Source of the DNA: a virus
Reading direction: 5' to 3' (one strand)
IMG/VR virus record: IMGVR_UViG_3300037464_000047
DNA: 64,000 nt
Of the stretch, positions 9,094 through 18,186 are shown piece by piece. The position numbers were made by a program, and so were the translations under genes. Every line of letters begins with the position of its first letter. Position 1 is the first letter of the stretch. The notes under the pieces were generated by a model, which was given only the letters and a program-made list of their open reading frames with translations, ran no database searches and was not told where the DNA came from.

Positions 9094-9525
9094 TCAGCCT
9101 CCAGTTGCGCTCTGCTGCTCCTTCAGTTTGTTGGGATCCAACACGGGGTTGAAGGGTTCAGTCTGCCGACGTTTCTGATCCTGCAGTGGATCATTGGGCC
9201 TCCGCCTTCGCTGAGAAGACTTGGACCCCTCTCCTACCCCTACACGAAGTTGATGGCCGCTGTTGTGAATCACCACCTCGGCCTTCACACTCCGTGCCCT
9301 CGCCTCCATCTTCCTGGCTTGCAGCTCCGCAAGCAGCGCCTCCTTTCGCGCCGCCAGCACCTCCTTGTCCAGGCTCAGGTCCAAGTCCCGAGCCGCGACG
9401 AAGCTGTTCAGCCAGATAGCACAACCCTCCCAGAACTTCCCGAAGGACAACAGGAAAGGGCCCATGAACTGGCCCTCCACTTCGAGAATGCGGAGAGTTT
9501 TCGTTTCACCAGGTACAGTGTCCAT
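9094..9525 (-). CDS. Hypothetical protein
   Basis: RBS GGAGG; promoter motif at 9565. Confidence 0.7.
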   Translation of the reverse strand: MDTVPGETKTLRILEVEGQFMGPFLLSFGKFWEGCAIWLNSFVAARDLDLSLDKEVLAARKEALLAELQARKMEARARSVKAEVVIHNSGHQLRVGVGEGSKSSQRRRRPNDPLQDQKRRQTEPFNPVLDPNKLKEQQSATGG

Positions 9526-9595
9526 TCGGACCTCCGTGAAGAGACCGTGCGGTCTCTCTCACTACTTATCCCCCACGCACCTTCACGTTTGCATA

Positions 9596-9621
9596 AATAA
9601 GAAAGAGAGCGCGAGCTCTCT
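9596..9621 (-). terminator. Intrinsic terminator
   Basis: AGAGAGC/GCTCTCT stem plus T-rich tail on the minus strand. Confidence 0.6.
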
Positions 9622-9637
9622 AGAACAGCGCCAACGG

Positions 9638-9844
9638 TTATCGAGTATAAGCTTTCCCACGAAGAGGTCCGAGGAAAGGATCATCCGGGCCTGCGCAGAA
9701 GATGTGATCCTTGTTGAAGCAATCGTCACAGATCCAGAGCTTGCACTTGGGGCACTGCTCCCTCGTCTTCTTGCGCTTGGCGGAACTTGATTCCTCGACT
9801 TCACACTGCTCGCACACGACCTCCTTCTTCTTGGGCTCTCCCAT
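9638..9844 (-). CDS. Small Zn-finger protein
   Basis: CxxC...CxxC...CxxC...H..C. Confidence 0.7.
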   Translation of the reverse strand: MGEPKKKEVVCEQCEVEESSSAKRKKTREQCPKCKLWICDDCFNKDHIFCAGPDDPFLGPLRGKAYTR

Positions 9845-9956
9845 CAGTGGACCATCCCGGGCAAGATGGGGAGAGGAGCCGTTGGCTTCGGGCGCAGCTT
9901 TCTGCGCCTCTTCTTTCGGGACCGCTTCACAGGGCTCGGCACTTCGGTTTGGATGA

Positions 9957-10286
9957 TCATCGGGTTCTTCGTTGCGAGAGCTGCATCAGGAGCTGCGTCA
10001 GGACGAACTCCCGAGCGGCCGAGTTGTACAACTCGGTGAACTCCTGGAGGGTGTCAGAGGCCTTGAGGATCTCCGTCATGGCCTCGAAGAAGGAAACCGA
10101 GCCTGCGACGAACTCCCACGCCATGTGGCACACCGCACTGCCGAGAAGCTCGATGTTGGCGCAAAGAGAGGTGCGATCCTCGAAGTCGAGAAACTGACTG
10201 TTCTCGATGCGCGTGAGGAGCTCCTCATAGGGTTGCATGAAGCGCTTCAAGATCCACTCGCTGACAGCTTGACGTTCCTGAATCAA
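9957..10286 (-). CDS. Hypothetical protein
   Basis: Promoter motif at 10307. Confidence 0.65.
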   Translation of the reverse strand: MIQERQAVSEWILKRFMQPYEELLTRIENSQFLDFEDRTSLCANIELLGSAVCHMAWEFVAGSVSFFEAMTEILKASDTLQEFTELYNSAAREFVLTQLLMQLSQRRTR

Positions 10287-10335
10287 GGGTGCTTTCCTCC
10301 TAAGAGCTTATCCCATCCCCCACAGGAGGTTTTCC

Positions 10336-10689
10336 ATGGCCCCCCGCCCCTTCCGCCCGGCCAACCCCGCTCACTGGCAGAGCGAGGGCGGGAACCCTTA
10401 CTTCAAGACCTCTGCGCCGGCGGTCCGCGCCCTGCCCACACCCCCCGCGCGGCGCGCGCTGGGCCAGGCCATCGAGCGGCTGCGGCCCTTGACGCGAAGC
10501 TCCTTGGACGCGGATGAGGTGGGTACGGCCCTCTCCACCCCTCCCCGCCCGGCGGCGCGGGCGGTGCGCCAAGCGGTCAAGCCTACCAGGGCTAAGGAGA
10601 GGGAGGTGAAGGCGGCGCCCCCTCCCGAAGAGAAGGCGCCTGCACCCTCCAGCCCGAAGTACGCGGGCCGCGTCATCGACCTCGACTAG
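10336..10689 (+). CDS. Hypothetical basic Pro/Ala-rich protein
   Basis: RBS AGGAGG; divergent from 10286. Confidence 0.6.
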   Translation: MAPRPFRPANPAHWQSEGGNPYFKTSAPAVRALPTPPARRALGQAIERLRPLTRSSLDADEVGTALSTPPRPAARAVRQAVKPTRAKEREVKAAPPPEEKAPAPSSPKYAGRVIDLD

Positions 10690-11378
10690 CGCAAGGCAGG
10701 GTACTCGGGGGCCTCGGACCACTTGAGGCCTCCCCTCTTCTCCTCGTACGTGCCCTTGAACTTCGTCTCCAGCGCCTTGAGCAGCATGTAGTCCCCGCTG
10801 TTCCCGTTGTAGATGGCGTACACGTACACCGCCCCGTCCGGGTGGTCCTCGGTGTTCTCGTACTGGCTGAAGACCACCCGGAAGTTCCGCAACGCGAACA
10901 TCCGGTTGAACTGGTCGAACGAGGCCAGCGGACCGGCGTTCGGGGTCTTCTCCACGGCCTGCCGGTAAAAGCTGTAGGCCGTCAGCCTGGACAGGGGCAT
11001 CACCTGCTGGAAGACCCCTTGCCAATCCGAGAGGGGGTAGGAGCCGTGAGGGCGCAGGTCCGGAGAGCGCGGGTGTTGGATGCGGTAGAGGTCCTTGTAG
11101 AGCTCCTCCTGCAGGCGGCACGCCGCGTTGAATGCGCCCAGGACAGCCTCAGAGCCCAGAGCCTGTAGCTCACGCGCCTGCGTGGTCTCGACAACCGTCC
11201 GGAACGCTGCGACCCTCACGCGGAACTCTTCAAGGCGCTGAGGGTCGAGCTGCTCCTCCTTCACAGCCAGGGCGATTGCGAGCGTGGACTGCCAGCTCGG
11301 CATCGTGAGACGAACCAGCTCTTCAGGGTTCTGCTGCACCATCGGCTTCTTGTCGTCGGCCATCATCATCTCCTTCAT
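10686..11378 (-). CDS. Hypothetical protein
   Basis: Coupled ORF with typical codon usage. Confidence 0.7.
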   Translation of the reverse strand: MKEMMMADDKKPMVQQNPEELVRLTMPSWQSTLAIALAVKEEQLDPQRLEEFRVRVAAFRTVVETTQARELQALGSEAVLGAFNAACRLQEELYKDLYRIQHPRSPDLRPHGSYPLSDWQGVFQQVMPLSRLTAYSFYRQAVEKTPNAGPLASFDQFNRMFALRNFRVVFSQYENTEDHPDGAVYVYAIYNGNSGDYMLLKALETKFKGTYEEKRGGLKWSEAPEYPALR

Positions 11379-11737
11379 TCCGTAGGCTCAGGGCAAGCCG
11401 TGTTCAGGTTCAGATCGACATCCGGTTGAATGGGCATGTTCTCCGGGTCTTGATCCGCCGAGGGAAAGACCGACGCGGTGAAGACGTCGATCTTCCGCTT
11501 CAGCAGTTCCTTCACGACGCTGTCGAGGCCTTCCTCATCCTTGAACCGGCACTGGAGGACCTCCGTATCGCTCCCGAAGCGCACGAGGATGCGCCGACGG
11601 TAGATGACGGTGTGCGGCGTGCGGAAGGCGACGAAGGACTTCGGCCGTTGCTCGGGCTCCTGCACCATTCCGTTCATCAGCCGGTCGATGTAGCGCAAGA
11701 GCTCGGGGGCGTCGTTGAAGTAGAGATAGAGGGCCAT
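11375..11737 (-). CDS. Hypothetical protein
   Basis: Coupled ORF. Confidence 0.7.
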   Translation of the reverse strand: MALYLYFNDAPELLRYIDRLMNGMVQEPEQRPKSFVAFRTPHTVIYRRRILVRFGSDTEVLQCRFKDEEGLDSVVKELLKRKIDVFTASVFPSADQDPENMPIQPDVDLNLNTACPEPTE

Positions 11738-11740
11738 AGG

Positions 11741-12007
11741 TCACATCACGAAGCGATCCAGAGCTCGCCGCAGAGTCCGAATCGTCCTGTCGAAGGTGAG
11801 AGGCTGCGGAGAGCGCGGGGTGTACGGCAGCACCCTGCGCGTGATGACCTCGCTGTCCACGACGAGCCGGCAGAGCGCCGGGTGCGTGAAGCGAGGCAAG
11901 TCCTGCTTCTGCAAGAAGCGGTTGCGCACCGCGAGTTCTTGAACTGCGTGGCGGGGAGAACTCATGAGCTGTCCGAGCCGAGTTGTCTCCGAGATGCGAC
12001 GAGCCAT
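11741..12007 (-). CDS. Hypothetical protein
   Basis: Promoter motif at 12058. Confidence 0.6.
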   Translation of the reverse strand: MARRISETTRLGQLMSSPRHAVQELAVRNRFLQKQDLPRFTHPALCRLVVDSEVITRRVLPYTPRSPQPLTFDRTIRTLRRALDRFVM

Positions 12008-12086
12008 GCTGATGTATCCAGGGTAGAGGAGGAGACGGTGCCATACCGCTCCCCCTCCTTATCCCGCCCTGAACCGGCTTTCTGCT

Positions 12087-12287
12087 CTAGCCCTTCCTGC
12101 GGATGCCGTGGGCTCGGTCGTAGCCCTCCTGCTCCTTGGGTGTCATGCGCCGCTTCATGGCCAGGATGCCCGGGTCGGGCCGCACGAAGTCCTCATACCG
12201 GATGCGACCATCCTCGCCCAGCGTGATGAAACGGGCCCGACGCACATGCCTCTCGATTACGGCCTCACTCTTCCTCTTGCCAATCAT
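12087..12287 (-). CDS. Hypothetical basic protein
   Basis: ORF between a terminator and the promoter motif. Confidence 0.55.
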   Translation of the reverse strand: MIGKRKSEAVIERHVRRARFITLGEDGRIRYEDFVRPDPGILAMKRRMTPKEQEGYDRAHGIRRKG

Positions 12288-12303
12288 GATGGGTAATCCT
12301 CAG

Positions 12304-12335
12304 CTAAGAGAAGAGACCTTCTGACAGGTCTCTCT
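12304..12335 (-). terminator. Intrinsic terminator
   Basis: GAGACCT/AGGTCTC stem plus TCTCTTAGCT tail. Confidence 0.6.
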
Positions 12336-12358
12336 CCGCCCAGTTGGGCAGGTGGGAA

Positions 12359-12697
12359 TCAGTAGAAGATCTCGATCTCGCCGTAGCTCGTCTGCTGGTT
12401 GAACGTGTAGGGCCCACCCGTCCGCACGATGCCTCGGAAGCGCTCCGTGGTGATCCCCAACCGCCGACCCGCAACGTTGTGAATCTCCCCCGAGCCGTCC
12501 TCATGCTCGAACATATCGAACGCGAGCATGTACTTGCCGTGGTCCGTTTCGACTTCGATGCCCATCTTCCCGAAGTAGGACACAGCCAGATCCCATTTGG
12601 GAATGGCCTTCAAGATCCGCACCCGCTTCCTGCCATCGGATGAAACAACCGGCTCGGGGGGACGGTTCAAGTCCTTTGCCTCAGACATAGAATTCAT
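12359..12697 (-). CDS. Hypothetical protein
   Basis: Promoter variant at 12745. Confidence 0.65.
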   Translation of the reverse strand: MNSMSEAKDLNRPPEPVVSSDGRKRVRILKAIPKWDLAVSYFGKMGIEVETDHGKYMLAFDMFEHEDGSGEIHNVAGRRLGITTERFRGIVRTGGPYTFNQQTSYGEIEIFY

Positions 12698-12768
12698 GTT
12701 GCATCTCCATGAGGAGGTGTCGGCCCTTGATGAGCCGACACCTCCTTATTCCATGTGTGGTGCAGCTT

Positions 12769-12966
12769 TTACCTCTCTTCGTCAGGCTTCTCGCCTTCTT
12801 TAGAAAGCGTCTCGAAGAGGGAATTCAGGGCAGGATCGACCACGGTCCTTATGGCCACCAATCCGCCTCCCAGCCTCCCTCCCCGAAGCACCGTAGAGAC
12901 TCCGTTCATCATCTCCTCGACGACAGGGTCCTTCAGAACGTCGGGGATCTTCACGTCGTCGGACAT
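12769..12966 (-). CDS. Hypothetical protein (65 aa)
   Basis: Start MSDDV with GGAGG RBS; promoter at 13008. Confidence 0.6.
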   Translation of the reverse strand: MSDDVKIPDVLKDPVVEEMMNGVSTVLRGGRLGGGLVAIRTVVDPALNSLFETLSKEGEKPDEER

Positions 12967-13042
12967 AGCGATGTTCCTCCGTTTGAGAGGGGATGTCCCT
13001 CTCAAGCCTTATCCCTCGGATCCAAGATATTTGCCCTGAGAG

Positions 13043-13075
13043 CTAAGAAGAGAGGCCTTCACGAAGAAGGCCTCT
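13043..13075 (-). terminator. Intrinsic terminator
   Basis: 10-bp stem AGAGGCCTTC/GAAGGCCTCT plus CTTCTTAG tail. Confidence 0.75.
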
Positions 13076-13085
13076 CCTCTGGAGG

Positions 13086-13490
13086 TCAGATGGATTTCCA
13101 GTAGAGGACGACCCGGGTATCCGGGCCCTTCCAGCCCAGGGACCAAAGGAAGTTCAACACCGCTGTGTCCTCCATCCGAGGCCTCTCCTCGCTCGTCCAC
13201 GTGAAGAAAGAGTTGAGGACCTGATACAGGCGGAGGGGGTGTGTCCAGCGCAACAGACCTTGCGCATCCTTCTGCACCCGAGTCCCGTCCTCCGTCTCCA
13301 GTTTCACCAACAAGGGCTTGGTTGGAAGAACCGTGCGAACGAAGGACGGCAGGTCCTCGTACTCGGGCAGCTCCAAGTGCGTGGAGCCCTTCCAGACCTC
13401 TCTCCCATCATCAATCCCCTCTCGAACCAGGTACAGCGACAACATCGGCTCTTTCGCGTTCACTTGCCTCTCCATTCGGAGAATGTTCAC
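13086..13490 (-). CDS. Hypothetical protein
   Basis: ORF between promoter 13566 and terminator 13075. Confidence 0.6.
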   Translation of the reverse strand: MNILRMERQVNAKEPMLSLYLVREGIDDGREVWKGSTHLELPEYEDLPSFVRTVLPTKPLLVKLETEDGTRVQKDAQGLLRWTHPLRLYQVLNSFFTWTSEERPRMEDTAVLNFLWSLGWKGPDTRVVLYWKSI

Positions 13491-13584
13491 GATCTACCTA
13501 CCTCTCGGCCTTCTTCTATGAGTGGCTACACCTCCTTGCGGGACTGGAATCTGCGTCTCCAGTCTCTTATCCCGAGACCCAAAG

Positions 13585-13896
13585 CTACATGGGAATGACA
13601 TCCTCTTCGTCCCACCAGCAGTCAGGGGTCTCCCTGTGGCTGCTCGCCATGAAGGCTTCGTACTCCTGCTCATCCAGGCGCTCCTGTTCCAAGCGCTCTT
13701 GCTCCGCTTCGTACCAGAGCACGTTCTCGACTTCTTCATCCTCAGGCTCGAAATCATTTCGGTTGAGGTCTTTCAAGAGGAGTTCGTGTTCTCGAAGACG
13801 CTCCCTCACCACAACACCCTCCGGGACCCGCTTGTAGCGTCGCATCCAGTGCTCCTTGTGCGGAAAGAAACCTTTCCACGGCAAGAGGTTTTCCAC
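13585..13896 (-). CDS. Highly acidic hypothetical protein
   Basis: Glu/Asp-rich C-terminal two-thirds. Confidence 0.65.
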   Translation of the reverse strand: MENLLPWKGFFPHKEHWMRRYKRVPEGVVVRERLREHELLLKDLNRNDFEPEDEEVENVLWYEAEQERLEQERLDEQEYEAFMASSHRETPDCWWDEEDVIPM

Positions 13897-13964
13897 CTAT
13901 GCTCCCAGGCGTAAAGAGGCGCAGAGCACGGAAACCTGCCCGTGATGCGCGCACTTCCGGAAAC

Positions 13965-14429
13965 TCAGAGAGGTGGGAGGACTCGGAGCCGGGTGAGTAC
14001 GGCCTTCACTTCTCGATCCATGTCCCCTCTCAGCAGAGCCCGATGACGGACCTGATTGGGGCTTGGAATGTACCTCTCATGGTCTTTCGAGATCACGTAG
14101 ATGGGATATTGAATACCGTTGAACTGCGTCGCTGTGAGGTCGATGATGAAGTCCTCGAAGCGTACCCAGCAGTGGCTCATGCGGTATGGAGCATCTCCGA
14201 GAGGGCAGTCTTCGAGGTAGCGGCCGATGACAACCGTCGCCTCGAATCCCAGCTTCTTCATCTCCTCCACCAAGACGATAGAAGCCACCCCACAGGCACC
14301 TCCCAGGTCATCCTTGACCCAGTGCCAATGGGTCTCTTGAGTCGCCATCTCTTGGAGGGTCTGCCGGATGCGATGAGCGAGAGAGAGGAGCTTCGGGTCG
14401 AGCTTCTCGTGCAACGATTCCAGAACCAT
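13965..14429 (-). CDS. Transglutaminase/papain-like (Cys-His-Asp) protein, paralog 1
   Basis: GACG...HCW...IDLTATQF; start MVLESL with GGAGG RBS. Confidence 0.6.
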   Translation of the reverse strand: MVLESLHEKLDPKLLSLAHRIRQTLQEMATQETHWHWVKDDLGGACGVASIVLVEEMKKLGFEATVVIGRYLEDCPLGDAPYRMSHCWVRFEDFIIDLTATQFNGIQYPIYVISKDHERYIPSPNQVRHRALLRGDMDREVKAVLTRLRVLPPL

Positions 14430-14482
14430 TCGGTTCCTCCTGTTCATAGTGCTTATGCCCAGGGAGCGAATGATTCTGCAGG

Positions 14483-14510
14483 CTAAGAAAGAGAGGCGCG
14501 GTGGCCTCTC
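14483..14510 (-). terminator. Intrinsic terminator
   Basis: GAGAGGC/GCCTCTC plus TTTCTTAG tail. Confidence 0.65.
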
Positions 14511-14514
14511 CCTC

Positions 14515-14715
14515 TTACTTCTTGCTCCTTCTGTCGCGTTCTACCTGCTCAGCATTGCAACAGGACCAGCACTTCATGTGGATGTACCGAAGTCCGTCCT
14601 TCTTCGCCATCTCCCGCGTCCCGTAGGCATATTTGCTCTCATGACCACAGGTGCCAGTGAAGATGAGGGTGAAGCTGTGAGGACCATTCTCCTCAATACG
14701 GTAGGTGCCCGCCAT
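14515..14715 (-). CDS. Small Zn-binding protein
   Basis: TCGH...CWSCC. Confidence 0.6.
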   Translation of the reverse strand: MAGTYRIEENGPHSFTLIFTGTCGHESKYAYGTREMAKKDGLRYIHMKCWSCCNAEQVERDRRSKK

Positions 14716-14716
14716 T

Positions 14717-15163
14717 CTACAACTCGTTCTCGTTGAGGGCTCGAAGCTCGGCCTCGAAGCGGAGGGTGGCCTCTCGCTTCTTGCGCTCGTAGATCTCGCA
14801 CAGCCCTCGTTGGGTCTGATACATCCGAAGAGCCGTGGAGACCTCGGGGATGTTCAGAAAGTTCTCCATCCCCTTCTTGACCGCTTCCGGAAGACTCTTC
14901 AACTTGCGAGCGTCTTCGGGATACCGCATGTCCGCATCAAGGTACTTGAAGACGTAGTTCGCCAGGCACGCCACGGTGCCGTAGCTCCCATCCGGACTGA
15001 GCGGCATCTCGGGTTCGGGCTCCCCATTGTCCCAGATGAGGAACGTCGCACCTTTTTCGAGGTCCTCAAGAGGCATGGTCTGCAGTCGAGCCCTAGGGAA
15101 AGTGCGAAGAACCTTCTCCATGGAGACGACGAGGTTCTCCGGGAGCTTGCAGGAGACGATCAT
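14717..15163 (-). CDS. Hypothetical protein
   Basis: Coupled ORF. Confidence 0.65.
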   Translation of the reverse strand: MIVSCKLPENLVVSMEKVLRTFPRARLQTMPLEDLEKGATFLIWDNGEPEPEMPLSPDGSYGTVACLANYVFKYLDADMRYPEDARKLKSLPEAVKKGMENFLNIPEVSTALRMYQTQRGLCEIYERKKREATLRFEAELRALNENEL

Positions 15164-15717
15164 GACTTGTCCTCCGAGGTGTGCTGCTTGCTGAGGGGCA
15201 AATCGAGTCGCAGGCGCTCCTCCTTGGTCAGTGGCGTGAAGTGAATGGTGATCTTGAATCCCCAGAAGCGGGCAAAGGTCCTGAGGAGATCCATGCCGCT
15301 CTCAATAGTCTGGAGCCAGAATCGTGCGCTGAGTTGGAGCGTTCCAGAGATGGAGGGGTCGATCTGAGAGCGACTGCGCCAACGCTCTACGACTTCCTCC
15401 TCTTCAAGAGTAGTAAGACGGGAGACTCGCTGCCGCCACGTCTCGAACTCTCTCGCGATGTCCTGATAGTCCCAGCGCGGGTCGATCTCGAAGTTGCAGA
15501 CTTGGTGCCTCAGCACCTCTCCCCTCTCGTACAACAGCACGTACGCCTCCGGATCGAGCACGAGAGGCTCTTTCGTGCCAGCCACCGTGAGCAGCAAGAT
15601 GTCCCCATCGGGCTTGATCTCCATGACCCGACGGGGAGGGGCCGTGGGGAGCTCATCGAGAAGTCCGATTTCGTCCCCCACCACAACCTCTTTTCCGAGC
15701 TTCGAGAGCATATTCAC
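15160..15717 (-). CDS. Hypothetical protein, N-terminal SH3-like beta domain
   Basis: Coupled ORF; VVVGDEI...VMEIK...LLLTV pattern. Confidence 0.6.
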   Translation of the reverse strand: MNMLSKLGKEVVVGDEIGLLDELPTAPPRRVMEIKPDGDILLLTVAGTKEPLVLDPEAYVLLYERGEVLRHQVCNFEIDPRWDYQDIAREFETWRQRVSRLTTLEEEEVVERWRSRSQIDPSISGTLQLSARFWLQTIESGMDLLRTFARFWGFKITIHFTPLTKEERLRLDLPLSKQHTSEDKS

Positions 15718-15848
15718 CTCCCTTTCAGAGCCGACCGGTCTGCATACGCTGAACCAGCTTCCGGAACGTTGAGCTGGGCTTCATAGAACTCGACCCATTC
15801 CTTGGCCCTGGCCACCTCCGCTTCAAGGTCTTGCTGCTCCTGCGTCAT
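15714..15848 (-). CDS. Small hypothetical protein (44 aa; not in ORF track)
   Basis: MTQEQQDLEAEVARAKEWVEFYEAQL...; overlaps both neighbours by 4 nt. Confidence 0.5.
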   Translation of the reverse strand: MTQEQQDLEAEVARAKEWVEFYEAQLNVPEAGSAYADRSALKGR

Positions 15849-16359
15849 CCCTTCACCTGCTTCCCGGGCGGCGTGCAGGCCACGGCCTTGCTCCCAGGCC
15901 CCGTGTCCGAGGTCTTGGAGCTCGTGGTCACGTTACCGATGCGGATCACGAAGTCACCCTCATGGAACCCTGTAGGGGGTGCTTGATCCGCCGGCCAACC
16001 CACGTTCCGATAGTCCGAGAGGATGAGACCGCACCGAGTGCAGCGCTGCACCCAGCTCTCCATCTTCCCCGCCACGTGCTCCATACGACCGAGGATGAAG
16101 AGGCAGGGCATCCAAGGGCTCAGCTCGATTTGCCCCACCCAGGTGTCCTCATCCCAGATCCCCAACACGACGGCCCGAGAGTTCTTCTCCCGGACCTTCC
16201 CCTCCAACACCCGGGTCTCGGTCAGTCCCGTACGACTCCCCCCCGGACACGCAGGGCGAACCGAACCATGGCCCCTACATCAACCTCCCCCAAGGTCGTG
16301 AGGACCTCACCTGCACGAATCTGCTCCTTCAACTTCTGCTCCAACATCGCCGTTGTCAT
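15845..16359 (-). pseudogene. Beta-barrel paralog plus Zn-finger gene split by a -1 frameshift in a G7 tract
   Basis: The ATG 16359 frame stops at 16222. One extra G in the G7 run (16238-16244) joins it to the 15845-16210 frame and restores similarity to neighbouring paralogs. Confidence 0.7.
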
Positions 16360-16898
16360 GACTGTTCTCCTTTCACTTCACTCCAGAGGGCTCGAAGCTG
16401 CTCCACGCCGAAAACCTTGGCGTCTCGGTCCCGCCAGTCCTCCTTGAGCGTTTTCATGGCAGCGGTCCCGGTGAACAACAGCTCGTAACGCTTGTCTCCT
16501 ACGAAGGTATGAACCACCCGATCCGCCACGCAGGGGAATTGCGTCGCGGTAATATCCAGGATGTGCTCTCCCACTTGTACCCAGCAGTGCGTTCCATCAT
16601 GGAACGTCTTCCGAACGTAGAGTCGGGTGTCCTCAGTAGCCCCATCAAGGGTGTTATAGCTGGACGGCACCCAGTAGTAGCCCACCACCAGCTCAGCCGG
16701 AATGCCCTGCTGCTGGAGAAGGAGGGAGAGGGCCCAGGAGCCGAGACCACACGCGCCTCGCAGCGAAGGGTGCAGCCATCTGAACTCCTTGGCAGTGCCC
16801 TGGACCCTCTCCAGTGTGGCCCGAACCTTCATTGCTTCTCGAAGCGCCAACCCGAGGACACCTTCGGGCCTCTCCGACACGTACGCCATTTCGACCAT
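16356..16898 (-). CDS. Transglutaminase/papain-like protein, paralog 2
   Basis: GACG...HCW...LDITATQF; promoter at 16918. Confidence 0.65.
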   Translation of the reverse strand: MVEMAYVSERPEGVLGLALREAMKVRATLERVQGTAKEFRWLHPSLRGACGLGSWALSLLLQQQGIPAELVVGYYWVPSSYNTLDGATEDTRLYVRKTFHDGTHCWVQVGEHILDITATQFPCVADRVVHTFVGDKRYELLFTGTAAMKTLKEDWRDRDAKVFGVEQLRALWSEVKGEQS

Positions 16899-16944
16899 GA
16901 GTAGGTCCTCCCAGTCCCTTATCCCCAGGACGGGAGGACCTTGG

Positions 16945-17223
16945 TCAGGCGTCCTGCGCGGGGAGAATGGATGAGGGTGGCGCGAGGCAGGGAGTCAAGA
17001 TGTCCATCACCCACAGCCTGTCCATGGGCAATCCCGTCCAGACCTCGACCTTGCCGAATCCCTTGACCCTCACGGTCACCTCAAACCTCAGGCCCGGGAC
17101 GGGGCAGGCGATGAGGACCTCGGTGCCGGCCCTCACCAATCCCAGGATGGTCAGCTCCTCATCGGGCTCCTGGAGCTCCTTCAGATCCTCCTCCAGCTTA
17201 GCCATCGGGCTCAGGAGCTTCAT
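16945..17223 (-). CDS. Beta-barrel paralog family member
   Basis: LGLVRAGTEVLIA...TPCLAP. Confidence 0.6.
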   Translation of the reverse strand: MKLLSPMAKLEEDLKELQEPDEELTILGLVRAGTEVLIACPVPGLRFEVTVRVKGFGKVEVWTGLPMDRLWVMDILTPCLAPPSSILPAQDA

Positions 17224-17555
17224 GCGACCTTCCCTCCTGGCGGCGCGGGCGTGGAGAGGGTAGGAGGCGCGAGACAGGGGAGCTCGGGATGCAGGTACAT
17301 CCTCATCTCGATTACCCCCTCCATGACGACCACCACGGCCTCCTTGCTCTTCCTCTCCACCACCCCCTCGTAGAGCTCCAGCTTGCCCTGCTCGAACCCC
17401 GGAGGGCCGGTATGGACGTAGAGCGCGAAGCGGATGGAGGCCCCAGCCGCCACGTCCCTTATCCTCAAGAGCACCTCCGTCTCCTGTCGCACTCCTCGGA
17501 GACGGCTCTCCAGCAGCTCTCGGATGGTCTTCGGCTCCTGGATCATCTGGGTCAT
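17220..17555 (-). CDS. Beta-barrel paralog family member
   Basis: IRDVAAGASIRFAL...LPCLAP; start MTQMIQ. Confidence 0.65.
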   Translation of the reverse strand: MTQMIQEPKTIRELLESRLRGVRQETEVLLRIRDVAAGASIRFALYVHTGPPGFEQGKLELYEGVVERKSKEAVVVVMEGVIEMRMYLHPELPCLAPPTLSTPAPPGGKVA

Positions 17556-18184
17556 GAGCCCTCTCCCTTCTTCTCGTTCAGGAGCTTCTCGATGTGGGGC
17601 TGGAGGTCGAAGCCCAGGCGCTTGGCCACGCTCCGCAGGGCAGCCCCCACGGCGTTCCCCCCATCCATCGCCTCCAGGGCCAGAGCCCGGCCGATGTCGT
17701 TCCGGTCCTTCCACCCGTGGTGGCAGAGCACCGTCCACACCGCCCCGGCCGCATTCCACTGGCGCCCTGACTGCCCGGGGAAGTACGGCTCCAGGGCATC
17801 CGCAGCCTTGGACAGATCCAGGGGCAGATGACCTGGTGGGCAGGGGAGGATGTCAGGCGTCGAAGGCGGGATGGTGGGCGCGAAGGAAGAGGGCACCAAG
17901 CACAAGCAGTCCGGTTCCACGTGCATCACGCCCTTCTCCGTCACCACCGCCACCACCTCCCGGTCTGCCCGCCCGTCCCAGGTCCGGATCCCCAGGGCAC
18001 CCTTGAGCATCTGGGGCTCGGGCTCCTGCACCCACACGTAGCCGGCCAGGTAGGAGGACATCACATAGGCGGCGATGCGGACGGGAGTGCCAGGCTCCAT
18101 CTCCTTCACGCTCACCAGCCCCTCTCCCTCCTTCCGGGACCGTTCGGTGAACTCCTTCAGCTCCTGAGGGTTCGCTCTCCACAT
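17552..18184 (-). CDS. Beta-barrel paralog family member with C-terminal extension
   Basis: VKEMEPGTPVRIAA...CLCLVP; start MWRANP. Confidence 0.65.
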   Translation of the reverse strand: MWRANPQELKEFTERSRKEGEGLVSVKEMEPGTPVRIAAYVMSSYLAGYVWVQEPEPQMLKGALGIRTWDGRADREVVAVVTEKGVMHVEPDCLCLVPSSFAPTIPPSTPDILPCPPGHLPLDLSKAADALEPYFPGQSGRQWNAAGAVWTVLCHHGWKDRNDIGRALALEAMDGGNAVGAALRSVAKRLGFDLQPHIEKLLNEKKGEGS

Positions 18185-18186
18185 GG

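Noticed and set aside
11053-11820. Shared CGGAGAGCGCGGG (PRSP) in two neighbouring ORFs
   Set aside because: Only about 13 nt of identity in GC-rich DNA, with no wider similarity
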